A stretch of 64,000 nucleotides of DNA from Rhina ancylostomus (Eukaryota): positions 15,157,360 to 15,221,359 of the forward strand of contig JARFYF010000054.1 in assembly GCA_030265395.1 (NCBI GenBank), read 5' to 3'. This document shows positions 25,246-36,616 of this stretch, piece after piece (the stretch's first letter is position 1; each line of letters begins with the position of its first letter). The position numbers and the translations under genes were made by a program. The notes under the pieces are model-generated. The model searched no databases and had not been told where the DNA came from. It saw only the letters and a list, made by a program, of their open reading frames with translations.

Positions 25246-26989
25246 GAATCCAGTCCGTCAACAACAGGACCATTGCTCAGGCTGTTGTGACCCATTTAAT
25301 TGGTCATCTGTCTTTTTACACCATCTGGGATAGTGTTAAAATTGCAAGAGAGTGTGTTTATGTTTTCCAGACTCAATATTGTTTTTTTACTTTCTTCAAA
25401 TATACTGCTTACACCAAATGCATAAAATAGTGTATCAAATTATACAAGCTTAGCAACTTGCAGTAAAGACGTACTTCACAGTACTGGAAAAGGACACAGA
25501 ATTAGTAAGTAATTGGTTTTAAATAGAATAACATTTGGCAGGCAGTGAGTCACAGATTGTAAGAATGAAGTGTGATCATCAAAAAGAGGTCTCTAATCAT
25601 GTTACTATATCAGGCTTCATTTACACTGTGGCCTGGATGTGCAACTATTACTCAGACAGTTCAATTTGCAGCCTCCACAACTCTAGTCTGTTATTCTGTT
25701 GTCATCACAAATCAAGCCCTGACTGCCAAGAGGGAGCTCTGTAATGTGTTTGTTTGTGCCTGATCATGTTCATGCACACATACAAACAAGTTTCATGCCT
25801 AAAATGTTCACTAATGTTTAATGCTTTGACAGAATGGCCAGAACATTCAAAGAAAGTATTTTGATCCAGTTTATAAAGAACCTGGAAGGACAAACAATGA
25901 ACATTTTGTTAAACCCAACTCATACCTGTATGAAGGAGGATTCAACAGGTATTGTCACGTAGGACAAGACCATCTTCTTTAGTGGATCTGAACCATGCCA
26001 TTTCGAAACATTTACATTCTAACTGCAGTGTTTCAACTCACCACAAGATACTTAGCAGAATTTATTCCAGAATTTTCTATTGTCAACTGATTTCAATTCT
26101 GAGGCAATGAGTCCAAAGGAAAATAAATTCAAGTTCTCAATCACTTTCCAAGACACGGTCAGCCAGATCTATTCAGTAGGGAAGGCAGTGAGGATGATGT
26201 TACAGAGGGAGCAGGTACAGGGGGACCTATGCTTGGGTAGTTCTCAGAAATACAGTTTCACAGAAAAGTGTGACTGTAGAATGAATTACCAGATTACAAA
26301 ATCTTGCTGTGATTAGTTCCTTTATATTTCTCTCACAATGTAGTACATTTTTTCTTTGTCACAGGTAGGGGTAACTTATGCTACTTTGACTACACACCCC
26401 TTATCCCCCACTCTAACCGAAGTCCTGAAGTTCACTCAAATTATTAATTCTAGAAATATATGTGTGGAGCAATGTTACAATTACTACCAGGGACATCCCA
26501 TTTGTTTCCCCAAGAAAGACCGCTCATTTATGAAGAATTAATTTCTCTTTCCAAGTAACAATTGAAAATTCTAGACTTTACCCTCCCTGGTTTCCAGCAG
26601 ACTTGAATTCTGACAGATTTCGGTCCACAAAATCTTCCAATCCCCACGTCAATCCAATTGGATCCCTGTAGACTTTTCAAGCTTTCCTTCAGATCCCATA
26701 AATCCCCTTTCAATCTTAACTAGGCTCCAGATTACTCCTGGTATTCCAGATCCTAGAATTTGTGACAGTATTTCTACCCTTTGTTGTTATGCCTCAAGAA
26801 TCAAAAAAACCACTCCAGAATTTTTTTCAAATGGGGGATCCTTTGAGTAATGCTGGACTTTACGTCCCCAATCTGCTACTCTAGCGGGTAAGATTTGTGG
26901 AACTCTCTCAATGTATTAACTATTTCAGTAATATAAAACTGAGAATAAATCTGAGATTAATGATTTTTTTTCTAGTAGTTAATGAAAAT

Positions 26990-27100
26990 CAAAAGAACTA
27001 CAGGTGTTGGAAATCTAAAACAAAATACTGGAAACACTCAGCAGGTCAGACAATATCTGTAGAAAGAGAAACAGAGTTAGCACTTCAAGGAGAAGACACA
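26990..27100 (-). mobile_element. Penelope-derived terminal fragment
   Basis: ctggaaacactcagcaggtcagacaatatctgtagaaagagaaacagagtta, same family as 8338 and 42495. Confidence 0.65.
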
Positions 27101-27974
27101 TCTGCTCCAATGCCTGGAAATCAGTTGAAACTGATAAGACAAAAGCTGTGATACAGATTGAAGTGGCTACATATAGGTCATGTTGTTCTAAATTATATCA
27201 GGAATGTCTCATTGGAATGGAATTTATAGCTGCTCTTTAAGTGCCTATAAAATTTGTCAAAGAAATGGTTACAATTTCTTGAACAATCATTTGTTATTTC
27301 CCAATGCAATGTAATTTATAAATTCATTAGAGTTGGCTGGCCAGCGCAGCAAGAAAATATATTGTTATATACAGTGGTTGTGTTGGACCCAATTGGTAGA
27401 GCCCTAATTGGCATAAAGAAATAGCCTGGAAGGGAAATCTTCAATCTAAAGTAGATTTTACATTCATGATGGTTTTACCTTTATTTAAATTATAAATTGG
27501 CTGCAGATTGGATTTGTGGCTTGGGGGCTTGTTCTGTATTTGCCCTGACATTGTAACAAATTGGAACTGAACTTCAGGAACGACCAATAAATTACAAAGC
27601 TACAGTCTACTTAAAGCTAGAGGGCTACTTTATGTAGTGTTAAAGGAAAGTTTCATATAATGAACCAAAGTCTGGTTAAATCCTGGTTATTTCTGATAAA
27701 TAATCACTCTGAACAACATATTTTGAGCATAAACATCTGACTTCCAGTAAGTGCTGGTCACTATAATTCATTTACATCATTGTGGAAAGCTTAAACACCA
27801 CCAATGTCTTTTTCTCATGTGATTGGCATGCATGTTGGGCCTAATTTTGCCTTATTCCTCCATTCTATGAGGAATATCATAGATATCATCTGTATCAAGG
27901 TATTTTTTTTATATATCAGTGTGCAAATTTCATACAAGAGTCTCCATCAAGTTCCAAAAATTTGCTTTGGGCAA

Positions 27975-29030
27975 AAAGCAAAAAACTGCAGATGCTAGAA
28001 ATCTGAAATAAAAACAGAATACTGGAAATACCCAGCAAGTCGGCCAGCCTTTGTGCAGACAGAAACATTGAGTTGAAGTAACAGGGTTAGGTTAGTGATC
28101 AATATTCATTATATTCAAGACTCCCACAACTACCTTGACTTCCATTCAGCTCTCCCTTTCCATTCTCCTGGTTTGTCTAACCACATCATTTTTATTCTGA
28201 AGATCATATTTGCCGCATCAATATATTTTATTATCCTAACAGTAGCTGCTCCTCACATCGGGGCTCCCAATTACATCTGTCCTATTTCCTTCATTTCGGC
28301 TCTCAACCCCCTCTCCTCCAACCCAGGACAGAGTCCTGTGGTCCTATGCTTCCACCCCACCAACCTCCATATTCAATGGATCATCCTCCATAACCACCAT
28401 CACCTTCAGTGCCCAGTCACCACTGGACACAGCTTCTCTCTTTTCCCCCTCTAACTGGGGGGACTGATCCCTCCCCAACTCCCATGTTCACTCTTCCATC
28501 ATCGCTAACATACAACCTCCTCCTTTCACCTTCTTCTCAGGCAATTGTGGGAGGTGCAATAACTGAACTTTCACTTCTTTCTATTCCTGCCAATTCCAAA
28601 CATTTCTTTGAGGTGAAGCAACAAGTAACTTGTAACTCCATCGAATCCAGTGCTCCCAAGGTGATCTCCTCTACACTGGGGAAAACAAACACAAATCTGC
28701 AAACACTTTGAAGAGTGCCTCCGTTCAGTCTGCAAGAGCAACTCCAAGTATCCAGTTGCTTGTCCTTTTCATTCTCTATCCCAATCCCATTCTGACCTCT
28801 TCCTTCGGCTGCACACTCTTTGAACAAAGCGCAACACAAGCTCATCTTTCAACTAGGCACACTGCAGCCCTTAGGGTTCAATGATTTCAGATAAGCAGCA
28901 ATTTGAACTGGCTAATTCTGAGTAAAAGCTCATCAACACACAAGGTTAACTCAGTTTTTCTCACCTCGCAGATGCTGTGGATCTGTGGTGCATTTCCAGC
29001 ATTCTTTTCCAATTCAGATTTCCAGCAACA
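27975..29030 (+). mobile_element. Decayed Penelope-like retroelement (RT thumb + GIY-YIG remnants) with inverted 5' arm
   Basis: DSHNYLDFHS (PLE RT C-terminus, ~28120), IQCSQGDLLYTGENK (GIY-YIG YIGET-like, ~28645-28690), LIFQLGTLQP (~28841). Followed by the family 3' end and preceded by an inverted 3' end at 27975-28075. Confidence 0.8.
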
Positions 29031-29199
29031 GTAGTGCTCAGTACCTCACTTATTTTTCCCCCCCTTTCTCTCCAATCCTCATTCAGCTCCTTACTTTACA
29101 AGTCCTCCAGACAGATGAACTGTGGTTAACAAGCCTTCACCATTCTGTGTCTCTGCAGGCATCACCACAATTTCCACAGTTCATTCTCTTTTGGTTCCC

Positions 29200-29335
29200 A
29201 CACTATCACAGACTTTCTTGCACATTTCTCCACCCCTCCCCATTCTCGGCAAGGATGCTTGTTTGACCTAATGAGAGGTCAAACCTGAAACATAAAATGG
29301 TTTCACTCTCCACAGATGCTGCCTGACCTCCTGAA
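29200..29335 (+). mobile_element. Penelope-derived 3' fragment with degenerate hammerhead
   Basis: CTAATGA-G-AGGT[CAA]ACCT-GAAA-CATA at 29268-29294, followed by ctctccacagatgctgcctgacct. Confidence 0.6.
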
Positions 29336-29838
29336 GCTACTTTAGGTGTTGGTTTGCCTTTGTTTAATATATTATTCAGGACACTCTGACTTACTCAGAA
29401 AGGATGAAAATAAATTGTGCTCACTGAATTGCAAACTGTATCAGTCTCTCCTTCAACTCTGCCACCTGCTCTGCGTGCACTTTCCAAAAGCTGTTATTTC
29501 AAATGTATTTTTAATGTTTATGAAGTTTAAAATCAGTTTTTCCCACGTGTGCAGCCACAGTTCACCAGCTATGTTTCACATGCCCTTTTTACATAACACA
29601 CTCTCCTTTTTTAAAAAATACCTGCAAAATCATCAATTTAAAAATAGGTGCCCTTAAACTCTCCAAAGAGTCTTGTTTCTCCAAATTAAAAAAGATAAAT
29701 CATTCTACTTTGATAGATACAGATTATTTAAAATAGTAATAGAATTAACCTTTTCCACGTTAGCAAGTCAAATGCATTACTGAAGAGCAAGAATTCTTGG
29801 AAGAGATGTACTGAGATCACTATTGTAACAGCACCAAC

Positions 29839-29914
29839 CTGAGAATCCGGCTCCAATGATGATGTTCCTGTGATTGGGGTGATGATCCAGAATGAAATCC
29901 AGGTCCGGAGTATT
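29839..29914 (-). CDS. PIPOX: PIPOX exon 7 (76 bp)
   Basis: AG/GT bounded. [25 protein letters not shown](G); not in the ORF track, translated by hand. Confidence 0.95.
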
Positions 29915-31369
29915 CTGTTAAATAAAGAGATGGGATTCACCCTGTGAAAAGCATGGCTTTTAATGCAATTTCTCCGGTAGGTCCAACCTTACCCAAGATG
30001 TTTTCTGATAAAGGAAGCAACATTACTTAAGTTTGGGACTAGTGTACTTGAGGGCTGAGGTGAACAAAAAAACCCAGCTCATCACCAACCCCACCCCCCC
30101 CCCCCGAGGTGAACCTAAAAACATCTTGTCCTCCCCACTGAGAGTCTTGGGAGACTTTACTGTGAGGGTTTCAATGAAATGGCTGATGTCAGACAACTCT
30201 CTGAACCTGGCAGGATACTCAAGCTGCCTATGGAAGTGAGATGTTGGGGAACAGGAGAACCAAGCAATCTAGAGCAAGTTAATTGCCATCTCCCCCATTT
30301 CTACCAGACTGTGGGAATAAGGATCCATTCCCCACCTCAGAACACAAGTTCCATCAAATCCAAGGTTTACATTTCTTAGGGTTGCAGATGAAGATAAAAT
30401 TTCAAAACAACTTTTTTTGTTTGGATACAAGCTTGTAATATCAAAGCTATTATTCTATTGCCTGGGGATTTTAAGGCCTTTTTGATTTCATTCATGAAAA
30501 GCATAACAAATCATGTTATATTTACACTTTATGAATGTGAACAGGGGCCAACTCAGAAATATGGAGTATAATGATAGAGTAATCCATGACCAGAGGGAAC
30601 AAACCAAGCCCAAAAGTAGCTGGTTCAGATGGTGCCGGGACATTGGGGAAAGATGGTACCTTTGGTTACTTTGTGGGTCCCAGAGGAGAAATCCTGATTT
30701 TTTTCATTTGCCCCACAAAGAAACTAAAAATATAGTAATAGATGTATACTTCAATGACACTCCTGATACTGGCTCCTATTCCCAGCAGCTTGGGACTGGC
30801 AGGGAATCACAGTTCATTAATACCATCAGAGCCTCACCTCCACATAAAAGCAGGGCCCTTCTGCCTATCTGCTGAAAAGAGCAGGTTTAATGTTGGGACT
30901 CCATTGACGACAGTGGGATCAAAGAGCTAAGTGGGCTATGACATTTTAACTGCCCAGCTGGTTTACTCTCTCCCAATTACATTTTGTTTAACTTTGCAGA
31001 TAAAGCTGAAATTTTTTTAACTACTTTTTAAAAAAATACTTGATATTAAAGAGTTGAGGCATGAGGAGATTCATTTATTCATGGAAAGCACGTCAAGTCA
31101 AGTTATCAATAAGCTCGGTGACGAACAGTAGCCAGCTTTGAAATACGAACTATAATGTCTGCTTCTTAAGTGAAACAGTCAGCAAGTTGAGTTTCCAAAT
31201 TAAGTGAGTGTAATGAAATCAGAGATGGTGCTAATGATGAAAAGTGGATCCCCAGCATGACTTCCTGCATGTTTTTCTTAAAACAAATATATCATTGCTG
31301 TTTGTGTTAGAAATAATTTTACTTGGTTCGAAATATAGCCTCGAGAAACAAAACATTGCGAGTCTATGT

Positions 31370-31665
31370 GGATTAAATGTAAGTGAGACGTTATACTGAG
31401 GCTCTGTCTGCACTCTCAGATGGACAGAAAAGATCTTATGGCAATGAAGAACTAGTAACCTATCCCTGGAGTCCTGGCCAGTACTTTTCCTTCTATCAGT
31501 CCCACTAAAACTGATTATTTGGTCATTATCTTATTGTTGTTTGTGGGGCCTTGTTGTGCACAAATTACCTGCCATGTTTTCAACAGTGACTACACTGCAG
31601 AAATATTTCATTAGCAATAAAGCACAGCGAGATTGTGAAAGGCACAAAATAATTACGATTCTTTC
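31370..31665 (+). mobile_element. Deu-SINE
   Basis: gagacgttatactgaggctctgtctgcactctcagatggacagaaaagatc...gattatttggtcattatc...tgtttgtgggg...gtgcacaaatt matches the recalled Deu domain. Confidence 0.7.
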
Positions 31666-32521
31666 TTCCTTGGAAGAAAATAGTACCTCCATAAATCATT
31701 ATTATTCACAGGGGTTCTAAGCTTTCCCTGGTGCTCAAATTGAATAAATATTTCATTGCTTTACAATATTTTGCTTGTGGCAGTTGATATGCTGTGGAAA
31801 TGGAGTGGAGCCATTGAATCAACTCCAGGAAGCTTCACTGTGCTGCTAACTATGTGATGACGATGGTATCAGTAAAAACANNNNNNNNNNNNNNNNNNNN
31901 NNNNNNNNNNTGAATGAACACAGTGTCAGGAAACATAGTTCAAAATATCTTAGGAATACTAAGACTAAGTCGCTGTCTTTTTACTCACCTACTTCCAATT
32001 CTTTCTCATTATATTTAAAAAGGCAACAAGGATAATCAACAGAAATAATGCTAAAATTGTTTTATTAAATGGTCTTTGGAAATATTAAGATTAGCAGTTC
32101 AGCTGAATAATAAAGAGGGATGGGAGATTTTAGCAGTGCAGTTGGAAACGTAATGATGGGAATCAGATTCTAGTGGACATAACACTGCTCCATTGGTAAC
32201 AGCAGATATTTGTAGTGTAAATAATACGAGTACAAGGGGAATAAGTTCAAGTCTGTGGTTCAAATAATTATATTTTAGACAAATGTGTGAAGCACAAGGA
32301 GCAAACAGAATAAAATACAGGTACAGGTTCAACTTGGATGGTATGACAAGGTAAATATTATTGAGAACAAAGGTGCATTTAGTGATTAGTCAGGAGCCAT
32401 ATTTAGTTCATAGCCTAAAGGTATTTGAACATTATTTGTAATTGAAGTGCATCATATAATGACTGCTATGCAGTGTTTGAAAGGGAAAAATACAAACAGC
32501 TTCAAAGATTTGAGATTTAGA

Positions 32522-34500
32522 TAGATTCATAGAGTTATACAGCACAGAAAAAGGCACTTCGGCCCAACTCGTCCATTTGCCTGAATTTGGTCTGCATCAC
32601 TGAGCTTTTCCTATGATCTGGAGGAAGGAACCGATAGAATTGTGGCCAAGTTTGCAGGCAATACCAAGATAGGTGGAAGGACAGGTAGTGTCGCAGAGGC
32701 AGGGAGTCTGCAGAAGGACTTGGACAGGATGGGAGAACGGGCAAAGAAGTGGCAGATGGAATACAGCACAGGGAAGTGTGGGGTTATGCACTTTGGTAGG
32801 AAGAATAAAGGTGGAGACTATTTTCTAAATGGGGAGAAAATTCAGAAACCAGACGTGCAAAGGAACTTGGGAGTCCTGGTTCACGATTAACTTCAAGGTT
32901 GAGTCTGTAGTCAAGAAGGTAAATGCAATGTTAGCATTCATTTCGAGAGGACTAGAATATAAAAGTAAGGATTTATAAGGCGTTGGTCAGACCACATTTG
33001 GAGCATTGAGAGCAATTTTGGCTCCTATATCTAAGGAAGGATGTGCTGGCCCTACAGAGGGTTTGAGGAGGTGCACAAGAATGATTCCAGGAATGAAAAA
33101 CTTAACATATGAGGAGTGTTTGATGTCTCTGGGCCTGTACTCACTGGAGTTCAGAAGGATGAAGGGGGGATCTGACTGAAACCTACCAGATGTTGAAAGG
33201 GCTGGATAGAGTGGATGTGGAGAGGACATTTCCATTGGTAGGAGAGTCTAGGACCAGAGGTCACAGCCTCAGAATAAAAGGATTTCCCTTTAAAATTGAG
33301 ATGAGGAGGAATTTCTTCAGCCAGAGGGTGGTGAATCTGTGGAATTCATTACCACAGAGGGCTGTGGGAGGCCAAGTGCTTGGGTGTATTTAAGGCAGAG
33401 ATTGATAGGTTCTTAATTGGTAAGGGGGTTAAGAGTTACGGGAAGAAGAGGGGAGAATGGGGTTGAAAAATAAATCAGCCATGATTGAATGGAGGAGCAG
33501 ACTCTATGGGCTGAATGGCCTAATTCTGCTCCTATATTTTTAAACGCTGCCACTGTACCTGCCTCTACCACTTCCTCTGGCAGCTTGTTACATAAACCCA
33601 CCACCTTCTGTGTGGAAAAACTTGCCCCTCAGATCCCCTTCCAATCTTTCCCCCCTCACCTTAAACCTATGGCCTCCAGTTTTAGACCCCCCTTTCCTGG
33701 GAAAATGTCTGTGACTATCTACAATATTTACGTACCTCATAATTTTATAAATTTCTGTCTGGTCACCCCTCAGCCTCCCTTGCTCCAGGGAAAGCCATCT
33801 CAATCTCTCCTTACAACTCAAACCCTCCAGTACCGGCGACATCCCTGTGAATCTTTTCTACACCCTCCCTAGCTGAATCACATCCTTCCAATCTTCCTAT
33901 ACCGTGGCAACCAGAACGCCATAGTATACTCCAGGAGTGGCCAAACCGACAATTTGTTCTTCTGTAACATGACATCCCAACTGCTCTACTCAATGCCTTG
34001 GCCATTGAAGGCAAGCATGCCATATGCCTTCTTCACCACTCTATCTACCAGTGTTGCTGCTTTCAGAGAAAGAACTATGTACTTGTACCCCAAGGTCTCA
34101 CTGTTCAATAACACAATGTATTTCCTTGCCTCGTTTAACTTCCCAACATGCATCACTTCATACTTGTCTGCATTAAATTCCATCAGCTGTTCTCTTGAGC
34201 ACTTTCTTGGTTGATATAGATCCTGCTGTAATCTTACATAACCTTGTTCACTGTCCACTATACCACCAACTTGTCATCTGCAAACTTACTAATCATGCCA
34301 CCTACATTCTCTTCCAAATCATTATATAGGTGACAAGCAATAAAGGACCCAGCACCAATCCCTGCACCACACCACTGGTTACAGGTCTCCAATCTGAAAA
34401 ACAACCCTCCACTACCACCCCCTGCCTCCTATCATCAAGCCAATTGTGCATCCAATTTGCCGTTTCACCTTGAATCCCAAGTATTATGATCTTCTGGACC
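32522..34500 (-). mobile_element. CR1 LINE (minus), split by a plus-strand CR1
   Basis: Tail at 32522-32578; body at 33540-34500 (LQQDL...MEFNADKYEVMH, VKKAYGMLAF, LEGLSCKERL). Confidence 0.88.
32615..33537 (+). mobile_element. CR1 LINE (plus), nested
   Basis: AKFAGNTKIGG...LQKDLDRMGERAKKWQMEY and MRRNFFSQRVVNLWNSLPQ; tail gggctgaatggcctaattctgctcct. Confidence 0.9.
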
Positions 34501-34849
34501 AGAAACTGACTTCAAGGGAATGAGGCAGTTTGTCTACCATAAACTAAGACATCTCCTCATGAGTAAAAGAGTAGATGTTCAAAAAGAATGTACTGTGATA
34601 TTTCTTCCTCTGGCTGAAAGAGGTAAAGAACCAGATTAAAACTAGAATAAAGCTTTCAAAAATTCAAAAACTGGGGCAGATTCTGGAGATAACAAAAAGT
34701 GAAAAAAAGCTGCAAAAAGGGATCTGTTGAAACAAATGCAATGGTTGTCAGAAAAAAAACCCATAGCTATATCTTCACAATTGTATTAGAAAAAGTTATG
34801 GTAGGCAGAAGCAACAATGCCNNNTTCAAAAGTGCTTGCACTGCAAATG

Positions 34850-35870
34850 AAAGAGTGTGGAAATCAAGGACATACTGAACAATTACTATGCACCAATATT
34901 TTCCTTGAAGGATCTCAAAGGAATTAGTTGCGAGTTCAGCCTAACTATTATTTCCCAAAGTTTGCTTGATTCAGGAATGGTTTCTTCATTTGGGAAAACT
35001 GTCCACTTTCTAAGGAAGATACATAAGCAAGAAGTTATGGATCAGTTAACTGACAGCTGCCAAGGGTGCCAATGGCACAAAGGTAGATGGCACTATAAGG
35101 AAATAGATGAAAGCATACCATTATGAAGAAGATATTGACAAATTAACTCAATGGGCAAAAGTATGGCAAATGAATTTCAATGTGGGCAAGTATAAAGCAA
35201 TCCATTTTGGATCCAAGAGGCACAGAAAAGTGCACCTTCTAAACTAGAAAGGTGCTGGAAACAGCAAGGGTCAAAAGAGACATTGGGATCCATATAAGTG
35301 AGTAAAAGTACAGAAAATTATCTGAAACACATTAGAAATTACACAATACAGACTTGGTTTCCTGTATCCTTTGGGGGGGAAAAAATGGGTGGGAGACCAG
35401 TATGTTGATAATCAAAGGGACCCACATTAGGGATAATACATTGACCTACAGGAAGACAGGTTTACCAGAATGATACCTGGATTCTAAGAGTTAAATCACA
35501 AGGAGATATTACACAAACCATGACCCTCTTCTCGCCAATTTATAAGGCTAAATGGTACTTTGATCACATGTTTTCATGACATTAAGGAGGAAGATGATAT
35601 AGAAGAGAGAAACTCTCTAGTGATTGGGAAGTCTAGGATGAGGAGCCATGGTCTAAAAATTAGACCCAGGCCTTTCAGGGGTGAGCATGAAACATGCAGA
35701 TCGATAGAAGTTTGGAACTCCTGCAAAAGGCAGATGATGCTTTGCGAGTTGTTAATTCTCTCAACTTTAGAGTTATAATTCTAACCAGGTTGGGAGTATG
35801 AAGGTCGCCTATGATCTGGCTGAATGGAGGAATAGGCTCAGGGGCAAAATGGACAACTACTCTTCCTCCA
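34850..35870 (+). mobile_element. Old, internally deleted CR1 LINE
   Basis: tgggcaaaagtatggcaaatgaatttcaatgtgggcaag (WAKVWQMNFNVGK), RSHGLKIRPRPFRGE, and a CR1 tail. Confidence 0.75.
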
Positions 35871-36306
35871 CTATGCTACTGGAAAGAAGCAATAGAATTT
35901 TTTTGTCAGCATCTTTGTGGACTAATGTAGATGAAAGTTTTTTGCATTATTTGCATTATTAATTGTACTTTTAATGCTGCAGCTTCAAAAGACACAATTG
36001 CATAACTTTTGCAGAAGTAATAAGGCAGAATGTAGTTCAGAATTTGAAGTCAGCAATATTCCAAATGCTCACTTTAGTCAGAGATGGAATTTAAAGCCCT
36101 TTGATCAAGTCTTCAAAACAGTCCAAAACACCGGAAACTGGTTTTAGAGAGTAATTTTGAAAAGGCATTAATATTTATAGGGGATTATTCTTTCTTTTGC
36201 AATTCAAAGNNNNNNNNNNNNNNNNNNNNNNNNNNNGGCACAGATGTCTATTCGGGTTTTTAAAAGTCATTCTGGCAACTTATAGTGAAGGAAACCGATA
36301 CTTTAC

Positions 36307-36462
36307 TGTGTACATGCAGTATTCAATAACAGCAGGCTTGGGATCCAAACCAGGAAACTCTTTGGACAAAAAGTCACTCAAAAGGTTTACATCCTGAGAA
36401 GGCAGTCGAAAAGCGATATCACGTTCATCTGGGTCAGAGTCATTTCCGTTATGGTAGCACAC
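36307..36462 (-). CDS. PIPOX: PIPOX exon 6 (156 bp)
   Basis: VCYHNGNDSDPDERDIAFRLPSQDVNLLSDFLSKEFPGLDPKPAVIEYCMYT. CMYT carries the covalent-FAD cysteine of the MSOX/PIPOX family; AG/GT bounded. Confidence 0.95.
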
Positions 36463-36541
36463 CTAAAAAAGGAGAAATTTTGCATTCAAGGTTATATGTA
36501 ATATTTTGTTAACCTTTGATAGGAATATATANNNNNNNNNN

Positions 36542-36616
36542 ACACACACACAGAGACAGAGACAGAGACAGAGACAGAGACAGAGACAGAGACAGAGACA
36601 GAGACAGAGACAGAGA
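36542..36616. repeat. Compound microsatellite (AC)n + (CAGAGA)11
   Basis: Read directly; abuts a 10-N gap. Confidence 0.95.

Noticed and set aside
26357-26767. TGTCACA...TGTGACA termini suggesting a solo LTR
   Set aside because: Only a 7-bp inverted match, with no TSD and no second copy in the window.
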